DNA of 64,000 nt from Enoplolaimus lenunculus (taxonomy: Eukaryota), in NCBI GenBank assembly GCA_030248215.1, contig JASANG010003810.1, positions 434,001 through 498,000 on the forward strand, read 5' to 3'. Below the pieces are notes generated by a model. The model worked only from the letters and a program-made list of their open reading frames with translations, did not search any database and was not told where the DNA came from. The position numbers were made by a program, and so were the translations under genes. This document shows positions 12,701 to 26,649 of the stretch, in pieces (the stretch's first letter is position 1; each line of letters begins with the position of its first letter).

Positions 12701-15700
12701 CGGATTTATAAACCTTAAACCAAAACCTCTCATCTTTGCAGCCAAATAGTACTTTCTACAAATTCCTAAATTTTCTTTAAAGAACTAGCTTGTAGCGTGC
12801 CATTCTCATCTAATTCTTCCGGTTCATTGTTTTCGCTTCCATCATGTGTTTCTGTTTCAGATCCGCTTGTTTCATTTTTCTTCGAAGATCGATGCATGGA
12901 AACCCTCGGCTCATTGCGCTTCTTACTCGCTAAAATACCGACAAAATGTAGCATATAGTCCAGATCGTGGCTTAAAATGTACAATTATAAATTTGTGGTG
13001 CCTAGTAATTTTAGACCGGATATCAGTGTTTACCGGCTATTAAAGCGAAGCCGTATATGCCATGCACAATTAAAATTAAACTGTTTAAAAATTAACTTTG
13101 AAATGAAATTGTATATGTAATAGTGTACATCCAGCTTACTTGATCTGACAACCACATTTTTGACCTTGCCACCACTACGAGAGCCCTTTTGTGGTTGGCC
13201 CGCTGACCGACTATTTCGTTTCTGACCGGTAACTGTGTCTTTCTTTGCCGCTGCATGAGCACAACGCGCTGCAAGAATACCACCCGCAGATAACGGTTTC
13301 ATGGCACCTGTGAAAATTTAATTCAAACATAAACTAGTACATAGACATTTGCGTACAAAGCGGTGCACATTGGCCTGGACCGAAACTTTCACAACTTTTG
13401 GACGGTAAACAAATGCTATTAACAAGAATGCATAATACAAAAGTGTGCAACTCTTGGGGTTCCACATGGTACAAAATGTATCACCGGGCGTTGCGTTTTT
13501 GGCCGACCCCTCCTTGTTTAGTGGGGTCGTCACATGTAATAACCCTAAATTAAACTAGAAGCAGACCACTTTTCTTACCGGATAATAAAGTGTCATGGTT
13601 CGCACAGGTTGTACCCCCTCTCTAAATAAGGGGGTGGGGGTGGGCCAAAAACGTAACGCATGCCGTGTACATTGTTTTCTACACCGAATGCACCTAGTTG
13701 CATGCTCTTGTTGAAGTATGCATCATCCACTCTTGCTATTAATAATAATCGCTTTTGAAGTTTGCCAAGCCGACAAGAACTCTGGCTTGAAAATTTATTA
13801 CGAAAATTAGCGAAGTACTCGAGGGGACCACCTGAGATTAAGTCCTGCATTTGGCCCTGTACAGGCATGTTATTTTGTTAAATCGAAAACTTGCCTTACA
13901 ATACAGAAGCTACACATAAAATTTGATAAAATACAAATCCTCGGCCACTCATACTATGCTCATTACACCGAAATGATGTTAGGTTAGGCTGCTAGCTACT
14001 GAAAGGCATCCAACTCACAACTATGTGGGATACGCAATAAGATAAAAAAAGAAAATCACTTACCTTGCGGATGATGCGTTTGTTTGCGGCGTTTTTCTTC
14101 ATCTATCAGCACTTCCGGCATGTACAACTTTGTGTTATTCGTCCGTTCATTAACTGCAGTAAAGAATCGTTTTGACAACATTGGACGCGTGTTGTACGGC
14201 TTCAATGTGAAATTGTGGACACGATGCGCAATCAGCGTCATTGCAATATCACACAAAGTCCACATTTTCTAAAATACAGACCAGGGATCGTTCAAATATT
14301 AATTTTGCCAGGCTACTGGAACCGGAGCTGGATGGTAAATTTTTTGCCGGCACCGGATATTAACCATATAAAGCATTTCAATTTGCGCATCATTGATAGT
14401 AGTATTTGAGTCGTGGAAAAATAGTTGTTTACTAAATTAAAATCCATTTTGGCTCAGATGTTTCATTTTACTTCAGTGTCAAAAACTTATGCTTTTTGAT
14501 TTGCCGGGATATGCAGTCGTAGCAAAATGCGTAGCATTTCCATATTTACAAAGCAGTTTTGAGCGATTAGGAACCAAAACACCAAACATCCCGTAGGTTT
14601 ATACCGGATATGGGAACCGCACACGCATGTCAGTTTTTTGCCGGATATTAGATCGAACCAGCAAGCTAAAGAGAGTGATCACCGCAAAAATGCCAGATTT
14701 TCGGCTGGGACCAGATAGTAAAACACGACTGCTGCCATGATATAGTTCATGCAATGCCAAAATTACGGAAAATATAAAATTTACAATAACTGCGCTTCTT
14801 TTTCAATATATTTCCATCGAAAGCCGTAAAACATTCAAAATGATGTTTTTCACACCCATTAATTTATGGCTATGAAAACATGAAAACGTACCAACGTTGC
14901 TTCGTCATCATCTGGATCTTGTGCGTCACGGGTCTGTTTAATGCTTTGAAACAATTTGTACAAAAACTGAAACGACACCGCGTTTTGCTGTTTGGCGTGC
15001 ATAAACGGCTCCATTATGAACCATAGACATCTGAAGCAATAACACATTTTCCAAAGATATGCAAAGTATTACAAAACCAAGAGAACATAATTTATATCAA
15101 ATTGTACAAAAACAATCATCTGCCACTGTAATCTATGCATTTATGTATTTATATAAAATAGTTTATTCACAATTTACCGTCACAAACAGCAAACAAACAA
15201 ACAAACAAACAAACAAACAAAAAACAAACAAACAAACAAAACAATCTTACTCCCGTAAAGTTCGCAACATTTCCAAATCAGTATGTGACTCCAGATTTGG
15301 ATGATGCGCCAGTAAATGCACGGTGTAGCACAACACAAACTCTGGCGTGCATTCATTTATTTGAGCTACAATACAAATAATAAGAAATCATAACTACAAT
15401 AATTATAAATTTCGAAACTAAAACTTTCGAACATTTTAATTTCCCAAACTTAAACAAATTTAGAAGGAATTAAATCCGTGACAAATTCCATATTCTCCAA
15501 ACCAGTAGCTGGTAGGCTAAACTTTAGCAACGCTCAACACCGATCACGTTAGGTTGAAAATATCTGCATATCCAAGTGTTCACAGAAACACTACATCAAC
15601 TCGACATCACTTATATTTCCCTGTTAAAATGTCATTGCTAAACAATTACTTTTTATGACATAAAATTTTTCAGGAGACCTAGAGTAATATTTTAACATAG

Positions 15701-18700
15701 GTATGATGGCAAGTTCTGCGGATGACTTCGAATCCCCGGTAGAGCATCAGATTTACAGCCAAGAAACAGAACTGAGGGAACGCGCCGCTGACTACTCAAG
15801 GCAACAAAAATTGCTCGACAGGCAGATCCGAAATTTTAAACAACAAAGAGAAATCATATCAAAAAGCTTAAGCAATAAAAACTAACGGCGAGTACCGTTG
15901 ATTTAGATTACAATGAAGAATGCTGTACCACAGAACGTAAAAATCATTTTGAAACATGTTGGATAAATTGCAAACTTAGGTTGTTTCAATTACCACTGGG
16001 TCGGTACACAAACTTCATTGCTTTACAGAAATTCTTTTAAATCATTTCTCAATGTTTTAGAAACTTTTTACAAAAGTCAAAATTAATGCAGCTACTACAT
16101 TCATGAAAAACAGCTACTGCTTTCCAGTGATATTTATTCTACTTCCAGCCTCTCATAGACCAACCTGGCGAAACCACGTTTCGTTTTAAAAACTCGCGAC
16201 GCCGACTGTTATTTTGCACAATTTTGCTTTTAATATCTCTCAAAAACGCGACAATATCTTGTGGAACTGGCGCAGACGATGGCCGATCTGAGTGTGTTTT
16301 AAGTAGCATCGCAAGCGAAAAGTATGACATATACTCGATGGGAATACGAATTTGTACGAGCAATTTGTGAAGTTTTGCTGCAAATTTAGTTCGCACACCG
16401 CGACACTCGTCCTAGAAATAAAGGTGAGTAAAGTATATTTAAATAAAAAACAACAATAACAACAACAAAAAGTTTTATGTTCTTTGTCCTCCAAAGGGAG
16501 TAAGATAGTTTGTTAAGCATACTTAAATGCTTATTGAAACCAGTTTGTTTCGTCATTTAGTGAGTCGGACACAAGATACTGAGGCTTATGCATAGTCCCA
16601 TAACTTGCGTACGACACATAATTTTCAGACCTGAAGTACCAGTCGAAGAAAGTGACCGGTACATACATGGTATGCACACTTTTGTTGGAGGAGCATTAGT
16701 TTAACCCGTTAATATCAACCGCACAGGAACTGACCACAATGAGATATCCCAGCGTTTGGAATTGCTGTAACGAAACTAGACGCGCAAACGTAGTTAAAGT
16801 GACCAGCCTCAGTATATAACATCCTGCATATACGCGCAATGTTGCCATTTCCGACGGTCTAAAAACAGTTTATCAGTAAGTCCATAACAATGAACAATGC
16901 AAACAGCACCAGATAAATTTAAACCATAAGCTTTTTATTTTCTACTGCGCCTTTCAACCGATTTGAAGATAATTTTAGCAAATTTAAAAGCTAGCAATGA
17001 TTGACCAAACATGACTGCCGCTTTGCGAATAGTATGATTCGAATATACTGGGTGCAACCGGAATTCCGGTTCCGGTTCCGGCAATTTTTCACCTTCCGGT
17101 TCCGGTTCCGGTAAATTTTTACCGGATTTAAAAATTCCGGTATTATAATTTGGCCGTTTTCTTAACTTTGCTAATTTTTAAGAATCTTTTTTGACAGCCA
17201 CTTGTACTCCGAATATAAGCCATTGATGGTGGATTTCACTTCAGTCGATGATGAAAATCTAAAATACAACAAATAAAATAAATACCTATGTTCGACTAAG
17301 GTTATTTCACAAATAATAGAGCAAAAAATAAGATTAAAATGAAATTTTTGGTGAAATGCATTTTTCATTTTCCGGTTCCGGTTCCGGTTCCGGTAAAATT
17401 TTCAAATTCCGGTTCCGGTAAATTGTAATTCCGGTTGCACCCTGACGCCAACCTTAACTAACTTCTGCAGGAACAAGAACCGTTCAGATCGGAATTGCAT
17501 AAAAAGACAAGAATCGCTGTACAATTAAAACATTCCATTTAACGGAAGATATCAGGTAGGTTTATACTAGATTTCGAAACCGGAGCCGGACAGTAACATG
17601 TAGCACACAATCAACATAAATGTCACAAACAGTATACAGCAAAACTACAAAATGCCTCTTTCACTTACACAATATTGCCCTGATTCATCAAATCTCCTCT
17701 GTTTTGAACAATGCGACAAAATAAATTGATTGTTTTCGTAGCGAATCCTTGTTCGTCACTTTTGACGCCGAGCAAATATCGCACCATGAATTTCATACCC
17801 GCAAGCTATAAACAAAACAATCTTACTGTAAGTTTTGATTATATCAACCACTTTCGACTAGGGATGTGCCGAAAAATCGGCATCGTTAACATTAACCCCT
17901 AATGTGGCACAACAAAAATTGCCGACTGTTTACCGATAGTTTTGCACCAAGCATCAAGTTAAATGTATTAATTTCACTTGCCGGCGCATATTTAATAGGA
18001 ATCAACCGGATATCGGCTTCGGTTCCGGCAAAAAATCTACATCCCATTCCATTCTTATAACCTGCCTGATATTTGTTGTGAAAATCTTCAAAAAATTAGC
18101 TTATTTTTATTGTATTTTGCAAGTTTATGTTAACCGTGCTAATTAGCAATTAGTAACTACCAGTTCTTTGACCACTTATTAAATTTGGCATAGGAGTTGA
18201 TAATCGACAAAATTTTAGTATCGGCATATCGCTACTTTCAAACCACATCAAACCCTCAAATAATAATTTAGAACCAGGTCATACCAGATACCTTAATCTA
18301 CCGTAATTATCTGAAACGACTAACCAATTATTGACTGACAAACACCATGTAAATTTTTTAAACTACATTGTTACACAATGAAATAGCCAAATTTTCAGTC
18401 ATTCCCCTAACCTCGTAGACATCTTTCCAGTTTCCTCCCTCAAAGCTACACTAACAAACGTTACCTTCAGTCTAGACAGCTTCGATAACCGATTCTTTGG
18501 CACAATTTTGTCCTCTGAGACGTCTTGCGCTTCGTAATCATCTTGATTGGGCTGTAAAACTTAAAGAGCCTGTAATAAAGTTGATTGATTGATTGATGCA
18601 AATGCATGGCGTTGCGCGACATACTTCAAAACAATCCAGCGCTTGCAAAACTTGGGTCTACTAAATGGACGTATTCGTCTGACAATTTGCACAAAGTCCA

Positions 18701-21700
18701 TCGTGCAAACGGTTTACAAACAGAAGGTCCATCCAATGCGTAACCCCGAATCATCAGTCGATTATTAAAATAATCGAAATAAAGAAAACTCGCCATGCTT
18801 GCTCTGTATATTCTTTTCTACTCAAAATATACCCAGCAACATATATTGTCTTAAGAGCATTACCCATGAAAGACGTAGGAACCGGAATTTTAACAATTTT
18901 GTAGCAAATGATGAAAAATAAGCTTAAAAATAAAAAATAAGCGTACAAACGTTCGCGGAATCTCAGTTTCTTTCCATAATTTGTGTTTCATCTGCTCAGT
19001 CCTCATATTTTAAAGTGTTCCAGTCATGACTTGTAAAACATAAAAAACAGTCTACAGAAATGGCTAAACAGTAAATAAACAACAAAATTTTATTTAAAAT
19101 TATAGTCAATTAGTAGGAATTCGGTGCTGCAACATATTTTGCAATCCCTGTTTCGGTTCCTGCTCCGTGTGAAATGTAGTCTTTTGTTGCAACCCGGTCA
19201 TCTACTCTTCGTAAAACTTACATCACCGTCTTGCATCAAAATGTGCTTGACTACAAAAATTGTCAAATGCTGCATATCTCCTGGACAAATGGTTGCGTCC
19301 AACAACGCGATCATACTTAGCGTTGTCCACGACGTTAAAGCGTCTTCATGATCTGGTGTATGAGTTTTCGCGCAATGCTGAAATTGAAACCGAAACACAA
19401 ATTGAACTGTTGTCGGCCTTGTACCTTTTCAGATGATAACGCTAATCAATACGCTAATCAATAACGTCATCAGAGCGTATCCGCCTCTTGTCGTCGTACA
19501 CTTTCCCACGTCATCATACGCAAAGTTTCGGTTTAGCCTTAGACAAGCCTTTTCCGAACCCTAAGTTTGAGCATAATTCTATTATTGTAATGGGAACAAA
19601 ATGTTCAGGAGCCGTATTATTGTAAGGTAACAGTGGCATCAAGTATAGCAACGTATGAACAAAACGTAACAACAGGGACTTTAGATTCTACACAGTACTG
19701 ACTCTGGCAAATTCTGCTGGATTTGGTGAAAACGAGAGCCTGAGACCAAAGCCAGGCAAATTTCGTTAATTTCTCATACCAGGATCGTTGCGTAAATCAA
19801 AACGCTATTCTTTAAAAATTTATCAGCCCGCAACGAAGCGCTTTAAATTGATTAAGTATTATTCTGTTGATATTTTACTTCTTTAGAAAAACTTTTCTGT
19901 CAGAAAAAATACACGCCAAACTAGAATATTCATCCAGATTATTGAAACCGAATCACAAAATTGTCAAGCCGCATCATAAAATAGCTAGCAGTCGCAGTTG
20001 AAGTGAAATTGTTAAAACTCACCTCGATCAAATGCCCAAAAATAACTTCTTTCTTGCTCGCAAAAATCTTGTTTACACAGCGTACAGCGTGTTTCGCTTG
20101 CTTTGCCGTTCCAATTTTCGCCAGTGTATTCAATTCTTGTGCTAACGATCTAAAAACAAAAAAAAATACGAATACACAAGTTTCAAATATCGCCAAAAAC
20201 GCTAAATAATTTAAAGTGTTGAGTATGGGGCAAATTTTTTACTATTGTAAATCTATATAGCTACATGTGCCGCTGACAACATGCAAATGCTGATATTTGT
20301 CACTAGCACTAACACCCAGGGATTGACCGGATATCCGGTTCCGGTTAAATATCTGGTAAAACCGACATCCTCCGTGTTTGGCTTCATTATCTGGCAAAAA
20401 ACCTACCGGACATCGCATATTTGCAGTTGCAGTTATGAATAACACAAAACATCTGTCTAGATGTAGAAATACTACACATTTTGTTTCTATTGCATTTCCC
20501 AACAAGTCAAGAAGCTTAAAATTTTTTACACTGAAACAAATTTGGCCCATGTCAACTTTCCAGCCAACCCAAATTGCTTACCGTCCCAGCTGTAAACTGA
20601 TAGTGTTTGTGGTGAAAGTTTGGGATTTCGGGGGTTTTGTTAATTAAGCAGTATTCATCGCAACCAATTTCAGATTTGTAAATACATTTCAGGGAAGAGA
20701 GTAAATCAATAACAAGGACCCTCAATGTTTACTTCAAAAGCTATGCGGCATTCAGAGCAACACAAAAACGTTAGGGTTATATTAAGCTTGATTTTTGTGC
20801 GACAGTTACCACTTACCCCAACAATGGACATAAATTTTTATCATGGTGCGACCGGATATCCGCTTCCGGTTTATTATCCGGCAAAAACTGATATCCGTAT
20901 CCGGTTTCGGTATCCGGTATAAATCTGCCGGATACCGGATATTAACGGTTGTGGTGGTGAATATCATAAAATTGCTTTTTACAAGTGTGCGTCTTTAATA
21001 TCTAGCTGCGATTACTAGAGTTGCAACACTTAAAAATAAATACCCGGACCCGGATTTTTCTGAAAGAAAAGCCCGGACCCGGAATTTTTAACAATGCAAA
21101 CCCGGAATTTTTAAGAATGCTAACCCGGACCCGGATTTATTTTCGGAACAAACCCGGGCCCGGAATTTTTATTACTTAAAAACTAAACATGATCCTAATT
21201 TTTTAAAGATAGGAAAGAATTTCTGTCTTCATCTATTTCGAACAGCTCAGTATTTAAAATATTAATGGGCAGTATGCAATGCGAAGTGACTAATGTCATT
21301 CACAAAAATTTATTTTAAGTAAATCATAAAACAATGCACTATCCTTGCTAAGGATGTGCCGATACCAAAGTTTTTCCCGGTGCCGATATCATTTTGAAGA
21401 TATACCGATGCCGATACCTATTCCAAGTTTAATACACAATGTTTAAAGAACAGATAGGATACATTACAACTGCAAGGACTCAAGTCCTAACAACTATAAA
21501 AGATCATAATTTTATAGAATGGCGCTTTTAATTAATTTTTTCAAGGACAAAAGCAAGAGAAATAACAGTTTCCCTGAATTTAAGTTTAACCCAGATACTA
21601 CGCAGCACAACAAGCTGATCATATTGCATTCAGATGTTTAAACAGGAAATAGCTTCAGCCTAGGTAATGGGTCATCCACGATATAACGCTCGCGTAGCCC

Positions 21701-24700
21701 GTTTGTACAGGGGCAACCATACATCACATGGAAATATAAAAAATTTTATTCGCATCTGTTCGTCGCATTGCTTCCAAATGAATTTCTGTTTATACATAGT
21801 TGAAGGACTGTTTGATTTGCTACGAGATTACATTAAGCAATTTTGGGTGAGTGATAGAAACCTGACCAATGGCGGATCCATGGGGGGCCACCCGGGCCGT
21901 GCATCCCCAACAGCATCACGACAAAAATTATATAGAATGTCAATTGCTGTTCTGCGCTGTTTATTTCTCTGTTTTATACACAATAGTATAAGCAGCTTTT
22001 AATAAGCTGCCCTGTTATTTTAGTGCAGTCTCGCATGATTCGATGTTTTGTCATCACTAAAGCAGGTTGGCACCGAACCAATAATATCACTAATTCCGAA
22101 CCTTGATTCTGAAATTGTTTTCAGATACATAAAAGTACATTTATATATTCTATAAAATCAACAGTGACCAATGCCAACAGTACAAGCCAAAAAATATGCA
22201 GGTAATTCATTGAAGATAAATTGAAGTCCGTAACCGCGAATGCTAAAACATTTTACGAAAATACCACACGGTTCTAACTCATTCAAAAACAGAAACAGAT
22301 GTTGCTGAAGCTGACTGGATTTTGCTTTTTCAAAAATGAATTGGCTTTCGAATCCAAGCCTTGTGTCCGTTTGAAACCAAATCCGAACTTATCTTGCCAC
22401 CCTGTTGTTTTGATCTAAATTGTGTTGATACGTTAGTTTTATTTGTGATTATGGCAATAGTTCGTGGTTTGTGTGTGGGTCAAAAATAAGTTTATTACCT
22501 GTGACATTTTGGCCCCCCTCCCTCATTTTGAGATCCTGGATCCGTCACTGAACCTGACCTAAGTCAGTTGACATACGTGTTCCGCGAAGCTATAGCTAGA
22601 GCCTAATATAGCATTTTTCACAGGTTCCTGGACGTTGAAGCAATCGTTAACCAAGCAATCGTTGACTTAGGCGATAGATACTAAACTTACGTTAAATGTC
22701 AAATTACTAACTTAAAATGAGACATGACATGTCTCTGTATCCCGACCATTCCAACCGTTCCTAATTGAGCATTCGTAATCGTAACTCAAGTATATCTGCT
22801 TACGTTAACTTACTCAACAAAGGTGAAACCTGTTGACCAACTTTCTCCTTCTGCAGCTTGCTTTTACATACGACATGCAATAGTTGTGTTAAGACACACG
22901 TTGGGTGTGTTTTGTTTCTAATGTATGCGTAAGTGTTTCACACAGTTAGTGTTGATTGTGCAAAATCTATTTTTGGTACGATACTGTTACTATTCACAAT
23001 GTAGGCGTGGGATGTAAATAAAATCACTAAGCTAATCTTGTTCCGGTTATTTTGTCCCGGTATTTTTGCAATACCCGGACCCGGAATAATTTGTTATGAA
23101 AACCCGGACCCGGACCAGGAATTTTTCGGCAAAAATACCCGGAATAACTGGAATACCCGGACCAGGATGCGACTCTAGCGAATACATTTCTGGGCAAGTC
23201 AAGAAGTTCAAGTTTCGATACGTTTTAGCTTATTCTAACTTAAGCGAGCGAGAGTTAAACGCTTTTTTGTATATTTCAGTATATCAGGAGCAGCAATTAT
23301 AAAGTTTGTAACAGACGAAAACCTTGAGCGCGCTAAAAATACAGTGGAAAAACAAATTATTTTAACATAAACAATATCCGGTTCCTGTTCCGGTAAAAAA
23401 TTCAATATCCATATCTGGTTCCGGTGTCCGGCAAATTAATATCCTATCTGATCGCACCATGATTTTTGTATAGCATTTTTTGTGACAAGTCCTGGTATAA
23501 TAATGTTATGTTAATGCTTAAGAAAACGTCAAGAGTGTCAGGGTAAGGGTAGCCTAAACTTATTTTAGTTTCATATGATTAAAATGAATGCCACAATTTT
23601 CTGAGGGTCGTCAAACAAGTTATTTAATTTCATTAACCTTCTACTGATTTAATCAAATTTGATAAATAGAACCGGGACAGCTTTTAATCATAATTTTTGG
23701 TTAACCTGTCACGACAACATTAAAGCATACATTTTTGCTCGCAAGGACGACATCCGAAAGAGCTTTGGAGGTTTTGAAAGACCCTTAGACTTCGGCTTAG
23801 GCTTAGGATTCGGGGTAGGCTTTAGGCTTAAGATCTGAGGTAGGCTTAGACATAACCTTTGATGTGGCCATTGGTTTCGACTTTAATTCAAACCCAACTT
23901 TGCCTTAGGCATACACGTGCGATCACTGTCATATATAGTACTCAACCCAATGCCTCAATCCATGCCGCTGATAGTATTCCCAAAGTGTAATGTTGATTTT
24001 AAAATCTGATGTTTGTTCTTTCAATAGAACATTCCACTATTTTAAAAAAAATGTAAACCTACCCACAACCAGTTAGTGTACACCGTACGACAAAACTCAA
24101 AACCAAGCACACAAGCTCAACGACCATCAACGCATCTTGCCAATTAATCTGATTTGAATTTCAACAATTGATTCAAAGATTAAGCAAAGTATGCGTAACT
24201 GCCGATTCATATTTTCCGCAACTGTTTGGATTTAGGAGACCACACTGTAATAATAATAATTATTCCGCCACTGTTTTGCATTTACCGACATCGACGAACT
24301 CTTTTTACACTTCCCGACATCGACGAACTCTTTTACACTTCCCGACATCGACGAACTCTTTTACACTTCCCGACATCGACGAACTCTTTTACACTTCCCG
24401 ACATCGACGAACTCTTTTACACTTCCCGACATCGACGAACTCTTTTACACTTCCCGACATCGACGAACTCTTTTACACTTCCCGACATCGACGAACTCTT
24501 TTACACTTCCCGACATCGACGAACTTTTTTACACTTCCCGACATCGACGAACTCTTTTACACTTCCCGACATCGACTAACTCTTTTACACTTCCCGACAT
24601 CGACGAACTCTTTTACACTTCCCGACATCGACGACTATGGTTTGGCGTAGGAAACTGCTTATATGCGTCCTAGCAGTTACCTAAGCCTTTTAACTTTAAA

Positions 24701-26616
24701 GCATGGGAAAAGTGTACAAAAACGATCAAATACCGTGTCATTTAATTTTACCTGAACACCTACAAGCATATGAAATATACCTAAATTTCGAATTGTGTAC
24801 TGTGTATCACGATGGATACAAAGTTTTTTTACCAAGTAACATTTAGTCAATGATGCCATACACTAGAGTTGCCCCGAATCCAGCACGTTGTTCACCGGGG
24901 CCTAAACCATATGCGAATGCCTTTCTCGAAATCATACTACTATACGATATATATGGGTATGACAAGGGCGTTCCCACGGCGCCGGCAATGCCCCCCCACA
25001 TTTGGCTGGTGCTCCCAGACTCAATCTAAAAGTAAACAATCTTGAATTGTAATTATAGGGGGGGGGGGGGCAAAAATTATTCGGTGCCCCCACATATAAT
25101 TTTCAACGGTCGCAACTGTATAACGAGTCGAAATCAATAAACTCTGAAGACTTCTAAACATTTTCATAAATTCCATAGGCGGCCACCGCATCAGCAACAA
25201 AGAATGGGACGCAAACAAACCGAAGACCATCATGTGGTGGACGATATTTCAATCGAAACGATCACAAACACACACAAACAAGCGATTGTCAATGACGAAC
25301 ACTACGATGATGCGGCAAATACAACCGACGAATCGCAACACAGAATGGAATATCTCCAACAGCTACTTGAAGATAAATATAAACTTGGTAAACGACATAA
25401 CAACCGGATGTAAACATACACAAAAACGGATGCGGAAGCGAAACATAAAAGCTTTAATCAAAATTCACATCGGATGTTGCCGCCAGAATAAGTTATTCAC
25501 ATTCTCTAAAGAAATTCCTCGGTATGCTAAGGGTAGCATTGAAGAAATAGCGTTATTCACCGCCTGCGGTGTTGACAAGTAGGTTATTTCAAACACTGAG
25601 TGTTGTTTACAGAGCAATCTGAACAATATTAAAGTTTCGGCCCGTGTATAGAACAGAGGCGGATCAATTTCCGGCGGGGCTGTAATAGAGTCAGTTTAAG
25701 CTTTAGTCTAACTTTTTTGCTTAAGCTTAGGTTTAGGAATAGGCTCTTCCTTACGCTCGGCCGAAGTTTCAATAGTACACTACCAAACACTGAGTGTTGT
25801 TTACAGGGCAATCTGAACAATATTGAAGTTTCGGCCCGTGTATAGAACAGAGGCGGATCAATTTCCGGCGGGGGTGTAATAGAGTCAGTTTAAGCTTTAG
25901 TCTAACTTTTTTTGCTTAAGCTTAGGTTTAGGAATAGGCTCTTCCTTACGCTGGGCCGAAGTTTCAATAGTACACTACCTAACAAATAGCCGTTCAGCAA
26001 TCAGAAGGGTGCAAACGAATACAAAAACCAGGAAACTCTTGTACACTATCCACATATTTACACTTAGGCTTACGACAAGGTTTAACCATTCCTCAGTTGG
26101 GAAAACGTAAGCCTTTGCCTAAGCATTAACCTAAAATGTGGAAATTGTACTCAAACCAAAAAAACTATACCTCTCGTTACCCAGTCTTTAGACACACTCA
26201 TTTACTGTCGTTCTTCATCGCTCACTCGAGACACACAACACGGCGAACACACACATGTTCCGCCCATCACAAACCAACTTGTACTCTACCATGTCAGCCG
26301 TCTGTTGGACGCCGAAATCAACACAGTGCGTCGTGCAGTATTCCGCCTGCCACCAATCGAAACGATAATAGAAAATTCTACAAGCGCATGCCAAGAACAA
26401 CAACAACAACAAACACAACAACAACAAATGAGTTGCAACGAAAGCTGGTCGTCAAACACTCCATCAAGTTTATTCAGCAACGAAAGTAACACCAGCTTAA
26501 CAACCATAACTACAACAAACAGCAGCAGCAGCAGTGAGACGTCTGTTGCCAGCATCACTGGCGAACGCAACAACCACAACAACAACAACAACACAACCAC
26601 CAACAACAACAACAAC

Positions 26617-26649
<33 letters not shown>

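Larger units (their letters stand above)
20842..23461. mobile_element. hAT-like MITE (outer element of a nested set)
   Basis: TIR CATGGTGCGACC / GATCGCACCATG with 8-bp TSD ATTTTTAT / ATTTTTGT. Confidence 0.75.

Noticed and set aside
24285..24634. CRISPR-like array (28-bp repeats)
   Set aside because: Units are contiguous with no unique spacers, there are no cas genes, and the context is eukaryotic. It is a minisatellite.
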